This document shows positions 1-9,331 of a stretch of DNA of 64,000 nt, in pieces (within the stretch, counting starts at the first letter, position 1; each line of letters starts with the position of its first letter). The stretch lies in the NCBI GenBank assembly GCA_949297765.1, contig CASFTV010000004.1, forward strand, positions 85,115 through 149,114. The letters are read 5' to 3'. Source of the DNA: an uncultured bacterium (GTDB lineage Bacteria > Verrucomicrobiota > Lentisphaeria > Victivallales > UBA1829). The notes beneath the pieces were generated by a model. It was not told the DNA's origin. It saw only the letters and a program-made list of their open reading frames with translations, and ran no database searches. Position numbers and translations under genes: made by a program.

Positions 1-1083
1 GCCGGCATTTTCAAAGCGGGAGTCGGAAAGGAAATCGCGCAGCCGTCCGAGCAGATCGAACAGACGGAGTGAACGCATCGGTTCTCCGGAGGGGTTGATC
101 ACCTCAAGCGGCCGTCCTTCCGCATCGGTCAGGGAGGCAAGTTCCCGGCTGAGCGGCTGAAACAGTTTTTCGCTTCCGACAGCGATGATTTTCCCGTTCA
201 GATCCCGTCCGGACTCCAGCAGAAGAGCCGCCGCAGCGGATGCCATCTGAGCGACGGTATCCGTCCGGAAAATCTCCTGCCGTCCGTCTCCGGCCGACGC
301 AAACGGGAGGGATTCCTCCATCCACGCTTCCGGGATGGGGCGTCCCCATCCGTCGAAATGATCGGCGAGAGCTTCCGGCGCATGGATCCAGATTTCCACC
401 TCCATCGTTTCCGCCGCCTTCCCCAGACGCTTCAGCAGAAGCGCGGAAAGATCGGCCATTCCGATCACCACAATCCGTTCAAAACGCCGGAATTCCGCAA
501 CGGAGTCCGCCAGTTTCAGTTTCAACTCTTCAGGATCTGTCAGTCCATGTTTCGCCAGCAGGGTTCTGACCCGCTCCTGAAGAATCAGGATTTCCCTCCA
601 GCGGTCGGAATCGGTCATGGAACCGGAGCGGAACACGTCAAGAGCGGAACGGGCTCCTGCGGAAAGCTCTCTCTCAAGCTGGATGAACTGGCCGGCCAGA
701 TACGAAAGCACATTCCCGTTCCGCTCCTCAAAAGGATGCGGGAAAAGGTTCGGGAAATCGTCCGGCCCGCAGGCGGCAAGGATCTGTTTCCACGCCCGGA
801 CAATCTCCGCTTCCGAGGCGGAACGGAAGTGTTCCGCTCCTTCCAGAACAAACCGTTCGGGCGTGGCATATTCGGGAGGGAAGAGGCCGGCGTCGAGCGG
901 TTCGAGAAGGGATGTCATCGTCTCATTGAGAATTCTGCTGGCGTGACGCCCGGGAATCAGCACGAGGACACCGGAAAGATCGACCGTGTTTCCGGGAACG
1001 ATTCTCTGTCCGGCATCGAGCAGGAGCGGAGCCGCGAGAGCGGGCAGTGGTGCATTCCATCCGAGATATCGAATCTGTTTCAT
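1..1083 (-). CDS. Partial CDS (first 361 codons, runs off the left edge): AddB-like / PD-(D/E)XK helicase-nuclease family protein (tentative)
   Basis: Absent from the ORF track because it has no in-window stop. My own reverse-complement translation from the ATG at 1083..1081 reads MKQIRYLGWNAPLPALAAPLLLDAGQ...VDLSGVLVLIPGRHASRILNE... with no stop down to position 1. The N-terminal pattern resembles alphaproteobacterial-type AddB N-termini (recollection, not searched). Confidence 0.5.
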   Translation of the reverse strand, partial: MKQIRYLGWNAPLPALAAPLLLDAGQRIVPGNTVDLSGVLVLIPGRHASRILNETMTSLLEPLDAGLFPPEYATPERFVLEGAEHFRSASEAEIVRAWKQILAACGPDDFPNLFPHPFEERNGNVLSYLAGQFIQLERELSAGARSALDVFRSGSMTDSDRWREILILQERVRTLLAKHGLTDPEELKLKLADSVAEFRRFERIVVIGMADLSALLLKRLGKAAETMEVEIWIHAPEALADHFDGWGRPIPEAWMEESLPFASAGDGRQEIFRTDTVAQMASAAAALLLESGRDLNGKIIAVGSEKLFQPLSRELASLTDAEGRPLEVINPSGEPMRSLRLFDLLGRLRDFLSDSRFENAG

Positions 1084-1093
1084 GCGCTTCCCT

Positions 1094-2125
1094 TCAGATT
1101 CTTCCGCGGAACGAGATTCTAGGATCGGCGAAAACGTACAGAATATCGGCGATGAGCATTCCGCCCAGCGTCAATGCGCCGCTGAAGGCGAAGAGAGTCA
1201 TCAGCAGCGGGATATCGCGGCTGCTGAGCGCCATCATGGAAAGCGATCCCATTCCGGGGATGTTGAACACATACTCCACCAGAATGCTTCCGGAGACCAG
1301 AGAAGGGAGAATTCCGGCAAACAGAGTAATCATTACCACGAGGGTGTTCCGGAAGGCATGGGAAAGAATCACGTCGACTTCGGGAACCCCTTTGGCAACG
1401 GCGGTCCGGATATAGCTTTGATGAATCACCTCCATCATGGCGGAGCGGGTGAAGCGGGAAAGTCCGGCGAAACCGCCGTAGGTCAGGCAAAGGACAGGCA
1501 GGACGTAATGCAGGGCGGTATCGCCGAGGATTTTCCATGTGGACGCCCCCGGCGGGACTTCGGGAAGAAGACCTTTCAGCGGAAAGAGCGGGAACCATCC
1601 GCCCTTGCAGAAGGCGGCCTGGAGCACCAGAGCCACCCAGAGTGTCGGAAGGGAATAAAGGAAGAAGAGGAAAAAGGTTGTGGCCTTGTCATATTGACTG
1701 TCCGGGAAGACTCCGGCCAGAATTCCGAGCGGGATTGCCAGAAGATAGGTCAGCAGAATTGCGATGATGTTCAGGCGGAGGGTGACCGGAAGACGTTCCA
1801 GAATGAGATCCGCCACGGGCCGGCCTTTATCGACGGCGGCGGAGGTTCCGAAATCGCCGTGAAGAACGATTTGTTTCATCCAGAGAGCGAATCCGACGGG
1901 GGCGGGTTTATCCAGATGGAGTTTTTCCCGCATGGCGTCATTGCGGACGAGGGCGGATTTTTCGGAGGAGAGTCCGCCGCCGTCGCCCTGGGAACCGAAC
2001 ATGGAGCTTCGCGTGGGATCGCCGGGAGCGATTCTGAGGAGCAGGTAACTCACGAAGAGGATGATGAGCAGCGTCATGCCGGCCAGGAGAAGTCTCTTTG
2101 CCAAATATCCATATAAACCGTGCAT
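1094..2125 (-). CDS. ABC transporter permease, OppB/DppB (peptide/nickel) type
   Basis: ORF 1094..2167. It has the typical N-terminus YLAKRLLLAGMTLLIILFVSYLLLRIAPGDPT and multiple TM segments. I prefer the internal ATG at 2125 (MHGLYGYL), which is preceded by GGGGA. Confidence 0.8.
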   Translation of the reverse strand: MHGLYGYLAKRLLLAGMTLLIILFVSYLLLRIAPGDPTRSSMFGSQGDGGGLSSEKSALVRNDAMREKLHLDKPAPVGFALWMKQIVLHGDFGTSAAVDKGRPVADLILERLPVTLRLNIIAILLTYLLAIPLGILAGVFPDSQYDKATTFFLFFLYSLPTLWVALVLQAAFCKGGWFPLFPLKGLLPEVPPGASTWKILGDTALHYVLPVLCLTYGGFAGLSRFTRSAMMEVIHQSYIRTAVAKGVPEVDVILSHAFRNTLVVMITLFAGILPSLVSGSILVEYVFNIPGMGSLSMMALSSRDIPLLMTLFAFSGALTLGGMLIADILYVFADPRISFRGRI

Positions 2126-2213
2126 ATTTTCCCCAAAACGATTTGAATTTTCGATATCATAGTGCATATTAAAAAGGTTTGCAAGCGGAAAAGGAAAAAA
2201 CTTGAGAAAAACC

Positions 2214-2290
2214 GCTCCCGTAGCTCAGTTGGATAGAGCGATTCTCTCCTAAAGAATAGGTCGCGCGTTCGATTCGCGCCGGGGGCACCA
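2214..2290 (+). tRNA. tRNA-Arg (anticodon CCT)
   Basis: Hand-folded cloverleaf. Acceptor GCTCCCG/CGGGGGC, D arm GCTC-AGTTGGATA-GAGC, anticodon stem ATTCT/AGAAT with loop CTCCTAA (CCT), T arm GCGCG-TTCGATT-CGCGC, encoded CCA. Confidence 0.9.
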
Positions 2291-2529
2291 TCTTTCAGAC
2301 TCAAATTCCCGTCTTGTATTCACAATTCAGCGTTTCGCAAATATCCCGCAGATTATGACTTCAGGGAATGAGCTTTCGCGGATCTTACGGATCTTTCCCG
2401 CGGAAATGTCGAAGTTCGTCCTGTCGTGGAACATTTGAAGATGCTTCCTCCGGCATTCTCCTGAAACAGAAAAACAGCGACCGTTTCACACGCCGAACCG
2501 TTTCGCGGCAAACAGACTGCGGCATCGTA

Positions 2530-3321
2530 TCATATGGTTTCAGGGAAATGATCCTTCCGGAACGCTCCGGGAGTTTTTCCGGTGAACTTCTTGAATGCCC
2601 GGTAGAAGGTTTCAATGTTTGCGAATCCGTATTTTCTGGAAATTTCCCGGATCGGGAGATTGGTTCCGGCCAGTTCGGAGCAGGCTTTCTGCAGACGCGC
2701 ATTCAGGCGGAAGCGGTAAGGAGAGACACCGACGGAATTCTTAAACAAGCTCTTGAAATACGATGTGGAATATCCCGCCCGGCCGGCGAGATGGCGGAGA
2801 TTGTCATAATGATACTCGCTGTCCGACAACGTGTTCCGGATTTCGATGATCTCTCTCGGGCAGGAGTCGTCGCGCTCACTGCTTCCGGGATGGTTCCGGG
2901 CATTCCAGCGGATCACAGAATACAGGTAGTCCGTCAGCTCGTTCCGGTCTGTTCCCGGATTGTGGAAGGCTTCCAGCGCCTCCCGGATAAACAGATCCAG
3001 GCTCTCCGGAACATTCCAGCGGGAAATATGCGGCAGATCCCGGTGCGGCGCATGGTAGTTTTCGAACAGGATCATCAGTGCGCGGTATGCGAATCCATCC
3101 GGGAAATCGTGAATGGTCCGATCGCCTTCCGTATGACAGAAGAGAGTCGCGCGCCGATAGCGTTTCCCCTGATAAAGTACAATCCCGCCGCTCATCAGCT
3201 CCACATAGAGTTCTCCCGGACGGACAAGGGTGTCATTGAAATTCCGATGGGCCGGAGCCCGGAAGAAATAGACCATCTTCAACTTGAGACTCTCTTGACC
3301 AGAAATCATTTTTTCATGCAC
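2530..3321 (-). CDS. AraC family transcriptional regulator
   Basis: C-terminal double HTH: SYFKSLFKNSVGVSPYRFRLNARLQKA...REISRKYGFANIETFYRAFKKFTGKTPGAFRK. The N-terminal region is cupin-like. The start is uncertain (GTG 3321 or ATG 3309). Confidence 0.85.
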   Translation of the reverse strand: MHEKMISGQESLKLKMVYFFRAPAHRNFNDTLVRPGELYVELMSGGIVLYQGKRYRRATLFCHTEGDRTIHDFPDGFAYRALMILFENYHAPHRDLPHISRWNVPESLDLFIREALEAFHNPGTDRNELTDYLYSVIRWNARNHPGSSERDDSCPREIIEIRNTLSDSEYHYDNLRHLAGRAGYSTSYFKSLFKNSVGVSPYRFRLNARLQKACSELAGTNLPIREISRKYGFANIETFYRAFKKFTGKTPGAFRKDHFPETI

Positions 3322-3367
3322 AGAACCTTACTTTTTGTCAATTGTCGATCCCGATATTTTGTAGTAT

Positions 3368-3396
3368 AATATAAACAGAAGCATCCAAAAAGTCAA
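3368..3396 (-). promoter_or_regulatory. Sigma70-like promoter for the AraC gene at 2530..3321
   Basis: The minus strand reads TTGACT-17 nt-TATATT, about 45 nt upstream of the start codon. Confidence 0.35.
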
Positions 3397-3474
3397 TTTC
3401 ATCAGAAAAAAAGACCCGGGAAACGGAAAACGGACATGAACGATTTCAAGTCAGAGAATTTCTCGAAATGGGAT

Positions 3475-4251
3475 TCAAACCATGAATTCCTCCCGGTACT
3501 TTTTCGGCGAGATCCCGTAATATTTCTTGAAGAGATGGGAAAAATAAAACAGATTTTCCAGTCCGACTCCGGCGGCAATGGAGCTGATCGAATCTCCGGA
3601 ATGGGCCAGTCGATTTGCCGCGAGGGCAAGACGCTGCTGGATCAGATAATGAAGCGGGGACTCGCCGGTGAATTTCCTGAAAATCCGGCGGAAATGAGAC
3701 GTTGTCACATTCAATTTTTTGGCTTCCTCATCAAAATCCCAGTTCCGTTCCGGATTGGCTCGAATCCGTTTTGTCAGGAGCTGAAGACCGGGAGCCTGAT
3801 AGATCGCCACTCCCGTCTTGTACTGGTGGCGCAGCTGAAGCAGAAGATTTTCCAGCAGATTCACTGTTTCCGCATAACGTCCCAGCTCGCGGAGGCGAAG
3901 CGCCTCCCGCAGCGTTTCACTGAATTTATGTTCGCGGCTGATTGGAATCGGCTGATTCATCAACTCAAGGAGTCCTTTCTGGAGATACTCCTTCACCCGC
4001 GGACCGATAAAGCAGAAATAGATGAAATCATACCGTTCCTCCCGTTTCAGTTCATATTCAAAATAGGCGCCGGGATGGGTAATGAAGCAGGACGGCCCCG
4101 TGATCCGGTACTCTTTCCCGTGATTGACCCGCAGGCGCAGGCTTCCCGCGGAATTATATTGAATTCCATAATACAGCGGAATATTGGCACGGAAATGCGT
4201 GGAACGGATGATTCCGGCCGCAGGAAAGGAAAGACCATCGAAAAAAATCAT
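3475..4251 (-). CDS. AraC family transcriptional regulator, divergent from operon A
   Basis: HTH region TTSHFRRIFRKFTGESPLHYLIQQRLALAANRL...IAAGVGLENLFYFSHLFKKYYGISPKKYR. ATG at 4251 with GAGG upstream. Confidence 0.85.
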   Translation of the reverse strand: MIFFDGLSFPAAGIIRSTHFRANIPLYYGIQYNSAGSLRLRVNHGKEYRITGPSCFITHPGAYFEYELKREERYDFIYFCFIGPRVKEYLQKGLLELMNQPIPISREHKFSETLREALRLRELGRYAETVNLLENLLLQLRHQYKTGVAIYQAPGLQLLTKRIRANPERNWDFDEEAKKLNVTTSHFRRIFRKFTGESPLHYLIQQRLALAANRLAHSGDSISSIAAGVGLENLFYFSHLFKKYYGISPKKYREEFMV

Positions 4252-4293
4252 ATTTCATGCCTCGAAAGAACAAAAATACGCCTGTTTTGTATA

Positions 4294-4322
4294 TGTTCAA
4301 TCCTGTTGTTTTATTGTATAAT
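4294..4322 (+). promoter_or_regulatory. Promoter of operon A: perfect -10 TATAAT (4317..4322) with a weak -35
   Basis: TATAAT sits 39 nt upstream of the ATG at 4361. The -35 is poor (TGTTCA). CCTGTT direct repeats at 4281 and 4302, 21 bp apart, overlap the -35 position, as expected for an activator-dependent promoter. Confidence 0.4.
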
Positions 4323-4360
4323 ATATACAACATTGCAGAAATAACAAGGGTTTTCGGAAA

Positions 4361-6271
4361 ATGTTGGAAAGCGGAACACTTACTCTTGGCATCAATTACT
4401 GGGCGTCTCAGACAGCCGCGCGGATGTGGCGGGACTGGCATCCGGATGAAATCGAACGGGATCTCCGGCTGCTTGCGGAATCCGGATTCACTCTCCTGCG
4501 GGTGTTTCCGACCTGGAATGATTTCCAGCCACTTGACGTGCGGCAACCGGCAGAGGGAAATGCGGCAGATCCGGGATCCGGAACCGGAGAAGATCTGCCG
4601 GGAACTTCGGCCGTCTCCGCCGGGGTTGATGAACAGATGATGGATCGGTTCTCGGCCTTCTGCGATCTGGCGGAACAATATCATTTGAAATTGATTGTCT
4701 GCATTTTGACAGGACAGATGACAGGACGTCTTTTCATTCCCCGTGCGCTGGAACGGCGGAATCTCTATACGGACCCGGTCGCGCTGAAATGGGAAGCCCG
4801 CTATGTCGAATATTTTGTCCGGCGCATGAAACACCATCCGGCGATTTCCGCCTGGGAATCCGGAAATGAGACAAATTATCTTGGAATTGCGGAAAATTCC
4901 GCCCGGGTTGAAGCATGGCTCCGGTATATACACTCCACAATCCGCCTTGCGGATCCGGAACGGCCGGTCATCGGAGTCAACGGACTGAACATCTCTTCGG
5001 AAGAGGCTCCGTGGCTGAGCCGGCTCGTTGCGCAGTTTTCGGATTTTGTCACGGTTCATCCGTACATCATGTGGGGAAAAGCCGGAATTGAAGAATTCAA
5101 CGGCATCCGCAGTCTGCTCTTCTGTCCGGCGCAGAGTTCCGGGCTTGAGCAGATTACCGGGAAACCGGCCTTTGTCGAAGAGACCGGGCTCTGGAGACCC
5201 ATGACGGTCTCTCTGGAGGGCGTGGCGAAATACCTGCGCGGAATGCTCTGGAACCTCTGGTCTGCCAACTGCCGCGGAATGCTCTGGTGGTGTGCCTTCG
5301 ATCAGGAGCGGTTCGACTCTGCGCCTTACGACTGGAGTCTTCCCGGGCTGGAACACGGACTCTTTTCCGGAACGGGAGATCCCCGGCCGGGGGCGGAAAT
5401 CATTCTCCGCTTCCGTCATTTTCTGGACCGGCTGAATTTTTCAAAACTTCCGGAAGCAAAAGCGGATGCTTTATTTCTGGTCTCCGGACGGGAGATTCTG
5501 CACAGTTCCTTCATTCTGGCCCGGCAGGCGGGGATTGTTCCCCGGTATCAGTCGACGGAGGAGCCGCTTCGCGACGCCCGGATTTATTTTCTGCCGTCTC
5601 TCAGCGGCCGGATTCTGGCGGCATCGGGGAACTGGAAAAGACTTCGGGAGAAGGTTCGTTCGGGGGCGACCCTGTTTCTCGTGTGGGACGAACCGGAGCT
5701 GCCCGGCTGGCAGGAAGTCTGCGGGATCGACCTCGTTTCCCGTCGGGAGGGACCGGCTGCCAGCCCATACGGTTTCGGTGGATTCTCTCTGCAGCTGCCG
5801 CATGTCCGCCATACGGTTTTCCGCGCGGAAAGTGCCCGGATTCTGGGAACCGACCGCGAAGGGAATCCCTGTTTTTTCCGCAATTCGTATGGGAAGGGAA
5901 GTGTCTACACGCTCACGTTTCCATTGGAGCGGCTTTGTTACGACACCGCCGGTCTCTACGATTCGGATGCCTGGAAACTCTATGCGGAAGCCGTTCCGAA
6001 AGAGCCGCTGGTTTCTGTTTTCCCGCCTTGCATTACGGAATCGGAGCATTTCTTCAACCGGGATGAGGCGGGAGTTGTTCTAGTCAACAACTCCATGAAG
6101 CCTTTCTGCGGCGCCATCCGCAGAAAGGACGGATGGGAAACGGTTTCCTGGCATACGGATGCGCCCGAGGAAGTCAGGCTTTCCGGCGACCATCTGTCGA
6201 TGAATTCAAATTCGGGGATCCTGCTGATCCTGAAACAAAAGAACAGCTCTGCAGAACAGATTCAACGATAA
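4361..6271 (+). CDS. Glycoside hydrolase, clan GH-A TIM barrel (GH5/GH42-like), no signal peptide
   Basis: 636 aa. Motifs: LLAESGFTLLRVFPTWNDFQPL, ISAWESGNETNY (Asn-Glu acid/base motif), PAFVEETGL (candidate nucleophile). The C-terminal alpha/beta domain resembles a GH42 middle domain. The exact family was not determined. Confidence 0.7.
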   Translation: MLESGTLTLGINYWASQTAARMWRDWHPDEIERDLRLLAESGFTLLRVFPTWNDFQPLDVRQPAEGNAADPGSGTGEDLPGTSAVSAGVDEQMMDRFSAFCDLAEQYHLKLIVCILTGQMTGRLFIPRALERRNLYTDPVALKWEARYVEYFVRRMKHHPAISAWESGNETNYLGIAENSARVEAWLRYIHSTIRLADPERPVIGVNGLNISSEEAPWLSRLVAQFSDFVTVHPYIMWGKAGIEEFNGIRSLLFCPAQSSGLEQITGKPAFVEETGLWRPMTVSLEGVAKYLRGMLWNLWSANCRGMLWWCAFDQERFDSAPYDWSLPGLEHGLFSGTGDPRPGAEIILRFRHFLDRLNFSKLPEAKADALFLVSGREILHSSFILARQAGIVPRYQSTEEPLRDARIYFLPSLSGRILAASGNWKRLREKVRSGATLFLVWDEPELPGWQEVCGIDLVSRREGPAASPYGFGGFSLQLPHVRHTVFRAESARILGTDREGNPCFFRNSYGKGSVYTLTFPLERLCYDTAGLYDSDAWKLYAEAVPKEPLVSVFPPCITESEHFFNRDEAGVVLVNNSMKPFCGAIRRKDGWETVSWHTDAPEEVRLSGDHLSMNSNSGILLILKQKNSSAEQIQR

Positions 6272-6285
6272 ACGAAAGGGAAAAC

Positions 6286-7539
6286 ATGGAAATTCAACAG
6301 CAGTCCGACTGGTTCCGGGAAGCCCGGCTGGGAATGTTCATCCACTGGGGGATCTATGCGCTGGAAGGAAGAGGAGAATGGGCCCGTTTCAGCGGGCCGG
6401 AACACGGTGGCCGTCCGGAGGAGTTCAATCCGCGGAATTTCCATCCGGAGTTCTGGGCGGAATGTGCGTGGAATGCGGGAATGCGGTATCTTGTGTTCAC
6501 CACCAAGCATCACGACGGCTTCTGCATGTTCGACAGCCACTACACCGACTACAAAGTGACCAACACTCCTTTTGGGAAAGATGTAACCGCCATGGTCGCC
6601 GACGCCTTCCGGGAGCGCGGATTCCGGATCGGATTCTATCATAGTCTGATCGACTGGCATCATCCGGACTATCTTCCGGACCGCAACGATCCGCGTGGGA
6701 AAAACGGGGAAACGGAATTTCCCTCCGTTCGTCCGGGAGTTTATCAGAAGTATCTGTATGATTCCGTGGAACAGCTGATGACCGAATACGGCAGAATTGA
6801 CCTGCTGTTCTGGGATTACTGTTCCCCGTGGAAGAATCCGGACTATTTTGATCCGGATCCGCTTCTCGCCATGATCCGGAGCCATCAGCCGGAGATCCTC
6901 ATCAACGACCGCATGACCTTCAACCGCACGGCGGAATATGCCTATACCGGGGATTATTTTACGCCGGAATGCACCATTCCGAGTCAGCCCCCCGGTTCGC
7001 GCTGGGAGACCTGTGTCACGACCAACAGCTCCTGGGGATACCGCAGCGGCGATCCGGTCCGGAAACCGGCGGAGGCGTTCATTGCAGGTGTGATGGGATG
7101 TGTTTCAAACGGCGGAAATCTCCTGATGAATTTCGGTCCGGATGCCGACGGGAATCTGCCCGATCATGGAATCCGCGTGATGCACGAACTCGGAGAGTGG
7201 ATCCGGATCAACGGAGAGGCGGTCTACGGATGCGGCCCTTCCGATTTCCGGGCGGGACCTTTGACGCTCCTGACTCAGAATGGAGAGAGGGTGTATCTTT
7301 ATTTTCCTGTCGCTCCGATGGGGCATGTCATGCTTCCGAATCTGCGCGACAAGGCCTGCAGAGCGGTTCTCCTCCGGACGGGGGAAGAGCAGAATCTCTC
7401 CTCGTGGGGACTGGTTTATTCCCCGCTGAACGAGATCCGTCTGATTCCGACGCCTTCCGTCCGCGCGCATGACGTGATCCGGATTGATCTCGGCAGGCCG
7501 GGACGAACAGTTGAGTTTCAGGATGGAAGTGCAAAATGA
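6286..7539 (+). CDS. Alpha-L-fucosidase (GH29)
   Basis: Motifs: [53 protein letters not shown]. The internal ATG at 6286 follows the stop of the preceding gene. No signal peptide. Confidence 0.88.
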   Translation: MEIQQQSDWFREARLGMFIHWGIYALEGRGEWARFSGPEHGGRPEEFNPRNFHPEFWAECAWNAGMRYLVFTTKHHDGFCMFDSHYTDYKVTNTPFGKDVTAMVADAFRERGFRIGFYHSLIDWHHPDYLPDRNDPRGKNGETEFPSVRPGVYQKYLYDSVEQLMTEYGRIDLLFWDYCSPWKNPDYFDPDPLLAMIRSHQPEILINDRMTFNRTAEYAYTGDYFTPECTIPSQPPGSRWETCVTTNSSWGYRSGDPVRKPAEAFIAGVMGCVSNGGNLLMNFGPDADGNLPDHGIRVMHELGEWIRINGEAVYGCGPSDFRAGPLTLLTQNGERVYLYFPVAPMGHVMLPNLRDKACRAVLLRTGEEQNLSSWGLVYSPLNEIRLIPTPSVRAHDVIRIDLGRPGRTVEFQDGSAK

Positions 7540-7691
7540 ATTTCCGGAGGAGAGAGACGATGGGGGAAAAATGGATTTCGTGCTTTGCACGCCCCGCGGT
7601 TCGTCGCTGGACCGCGACAAGGACACCGTCCTTGACCCGGGAAAAATGCCGCCGCATTTTTCCGTGTTTTTATGAGAGGAAGGAGGTTTTT

Positions 7692-8396
7692 ATGGGTGGA
7701 AAGAGGAAGTTGCATTGGTTTAGTTTGATTGAACTGCTGATTACGATTGCCATTCTGGCGATTCTGGCCGGGCTGCTTCTTCCGGCGCTGAATTCGGCCC
7801 GGAACAAGGCGCACAGCATATCCTGTCTGGGAAATCTGAGGCAGATGGGGATCGCATGGGTCAACTATTCGCTGGAGAACGGAGACTGGACGGTCTATAC
7901 TTACGGGGCTCCGTGGGATGGAGTTCTGGAGGTTTCTCACTGGCCGGTTCCGATGGAATACGGACTGCGGGAGAAGAATTCCAAAGGGAAGATGTTTTCT
8001 CCGGTTCTCCGGTGTCCCGCGGTCGATCCGGAAACGGCGTTTACGAATGATAATACGACCGATCCGAAGTTGATCTCCACCTATGCGTACAATTATTTTT
8101 TCGGGAATAATGCCTCGACCGATCCGGCTCAGAAGATGAAGCGTCTGGTCAAAGCGGCGCAGCCGGGGGAATTCGCCATTTTCGCAGACGGGAAACCGAA
8201 GGACAAACCGAGGGTTTTCAAGATACAGGATCGCAATAATTTGACGGAGTATCTCTCGCCGCATCATCCCGGAGTGCAGAGCAATCATCTTTTTGCGGAC
8301 GGCCATGCGCTGGGGATCGGTATTCTTTCCACATCGAACCAGCTTTGTCAGCTGCGGTATCATTTTTACAGAAACAGTCTCAATCTCTGGCCGTGA
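7692..8396 (+). CDS. Pilin-like protein: prepilin-type N-terminal domain plus H-X9-DG-like C-terminal motif (P1)
   Basis: AGGAGG sits 5 nt before the ATG at 7692. N-terminus [54 protein letters not shown]-terminal ...[16 protein letters not shown]. Confidence 0.85.
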   Translation: MGGKRKLHWFSLIELLITIAILAILAGLLLPALNSARNKAHSISCLGNLRQMGIAWVNYSLENGDWTVYTYGAPWDGVLEVSHWPVPMEYGLREKNSKGKMFSPVLRCPAVDPETAFTNDNTTDPKLISTYAYNYFFGNNASTDPAQKMKRLVKAAQPGEFAIFADGKPKDKPRVFKIQDRNNLTEYLSPHHPGVQSNHLFADGHALGIGILSTSNQLCQLRYHFYRNSLNLWP

Positions 8397-8425
8397 GCCG
8401 GGGGTTGAAAAGAAAGGAGTGTCTT

Positions 8426-9319
8426 ATGAATCAGAAAGTTGTATTTGCAGGACTGGTGATGGTTTCCGTACTGTTCCCTCTGAAAGCGGAAAACGGTCTG
8501 AAGGTTGTCACGCCGGAAAAGGATGGAGTCATCCGCAATGGGGAAGTCTCTCAATGGGGGGCGTTTCTCCAGCTGCAGAGCGAATTGAAACAGGATCAGC
8601 TGTACCGTCTCACCGGAGAGATCCGTTCTCTTTCCGGAGGCGTGCAGGAATATACGCTTTCCCTGCGTTCCTCGGCCCGGAACAACGACCGGGGAACGGC
8701 GGGAACGGAGTTCGCCCCCTTCTGCTGGTATCTGCGGCCGGAAAAAACCGGAAGTGCCGCAATGCTGATCGGGAATTCCCATTCGAAAAAACCGGATCTG
8801 GAATTCCGGAATCTGAGCATCGCGCCGTTTCAGGAGGAGGAATGGACAAAAAACCTGTTCCCGGACAGCGAATTTGAACTCTCCGCCGGGACCCCGTCGG
8901 CATGGAGGAAAACAGGGGATGGCGATGCGTATGGACAGATCGTCAAAAGCGATTTCATCGGCGGAGAAAAAAGTCTGGAACTGAAAAGCGGAACACGAGC
9001 AGGTGCTTTGGAAACCATGCGTCTTCCCTTCCGGACCGGACACACCTATCGGCTTTCCTTCTGGGCCAAAGCGGAAGATCCGGTTGTACTGAGTCTGATG
9101 TTTCATGTCTGGAAAAATGGAGTGAAGCATTTTGTCCGTCCGTTTTCCTGCCGTCCGGGAAAGGAGTGGAAGGAGTATGCGTTTGAAGTGGATCTTCCGG
9201 AATCTCTGACGGCGGAATATCCGAGTCTGAAGGATGGATTTGCCCGTCTGATGCTCCGTCTTCCCGCGGGAGGAAAGCGGGTTCTGCTTGATCGGATCAT
9301 TCTGAAAGAAATCAAATAA
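8426..9319 (+). CDS. Secreted protein with two CBM4/9-like beta-sandwich modules
   Basis: Signal peptide MNQKVVFAGLVMVSVLFPLKAEN. The second module reads NLFPDSEFELSAGTPSAWRK...HTYRLSFWAKAEDPVVLSLMFHVW...KEWKEYAFEV. AAGGAG lies upstream. Confidence 0.6.
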   Translation: MNQKVVFAGLVMVSVLFPLKAENGLKVVTPEKDGVIRNGEVSQWGAFLQLQSELKQDQLYRLTGEIRSLSGGVQEYTLSLRSSARNNDRGTAGTEFAPFCWYLRPEKTGSAAMLIGNSHSKKPDLEFRNLSIAPFQEEEWTKNLFPDSEFELSAGTPSAWRKTGDGDAYGQIVKSDFIGGEKSLELKSGTRAGALETMRLPFRTGHTYRLSFWAKAEDPVVLSLMFHVWKNGVKHFVRPFSCRPGKEWKEYAFEVDLPESLTAEYPSLKDGFARLMLRLPAGGKRVLLDRIILKEIK

Positions 9320-9331
9320 GAGGGGAAGTCC

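Noticed and set aside
358-1122. The plus-strand 254-aa ORF (and ORFs 240-569 and 617-946) at the left edge.
   Set aside because: The composition is junk-like (Arg/Pro/Phe-rich). The opposite strand carries an uninterrupted, protein-like ORF from 1083 to the window edge, which the track omitted because it has no stop in the window.
2214-2290. tRNA-Arg considered as the integration site of a genomic island.
   Set aside because: There is no integrase or recombinase gene nearby. I did not spot a direct repeat of the tRNA 3' end elsewhere in the window, and the flanking AraC/GH genes have the same composition as the rest of the core region.
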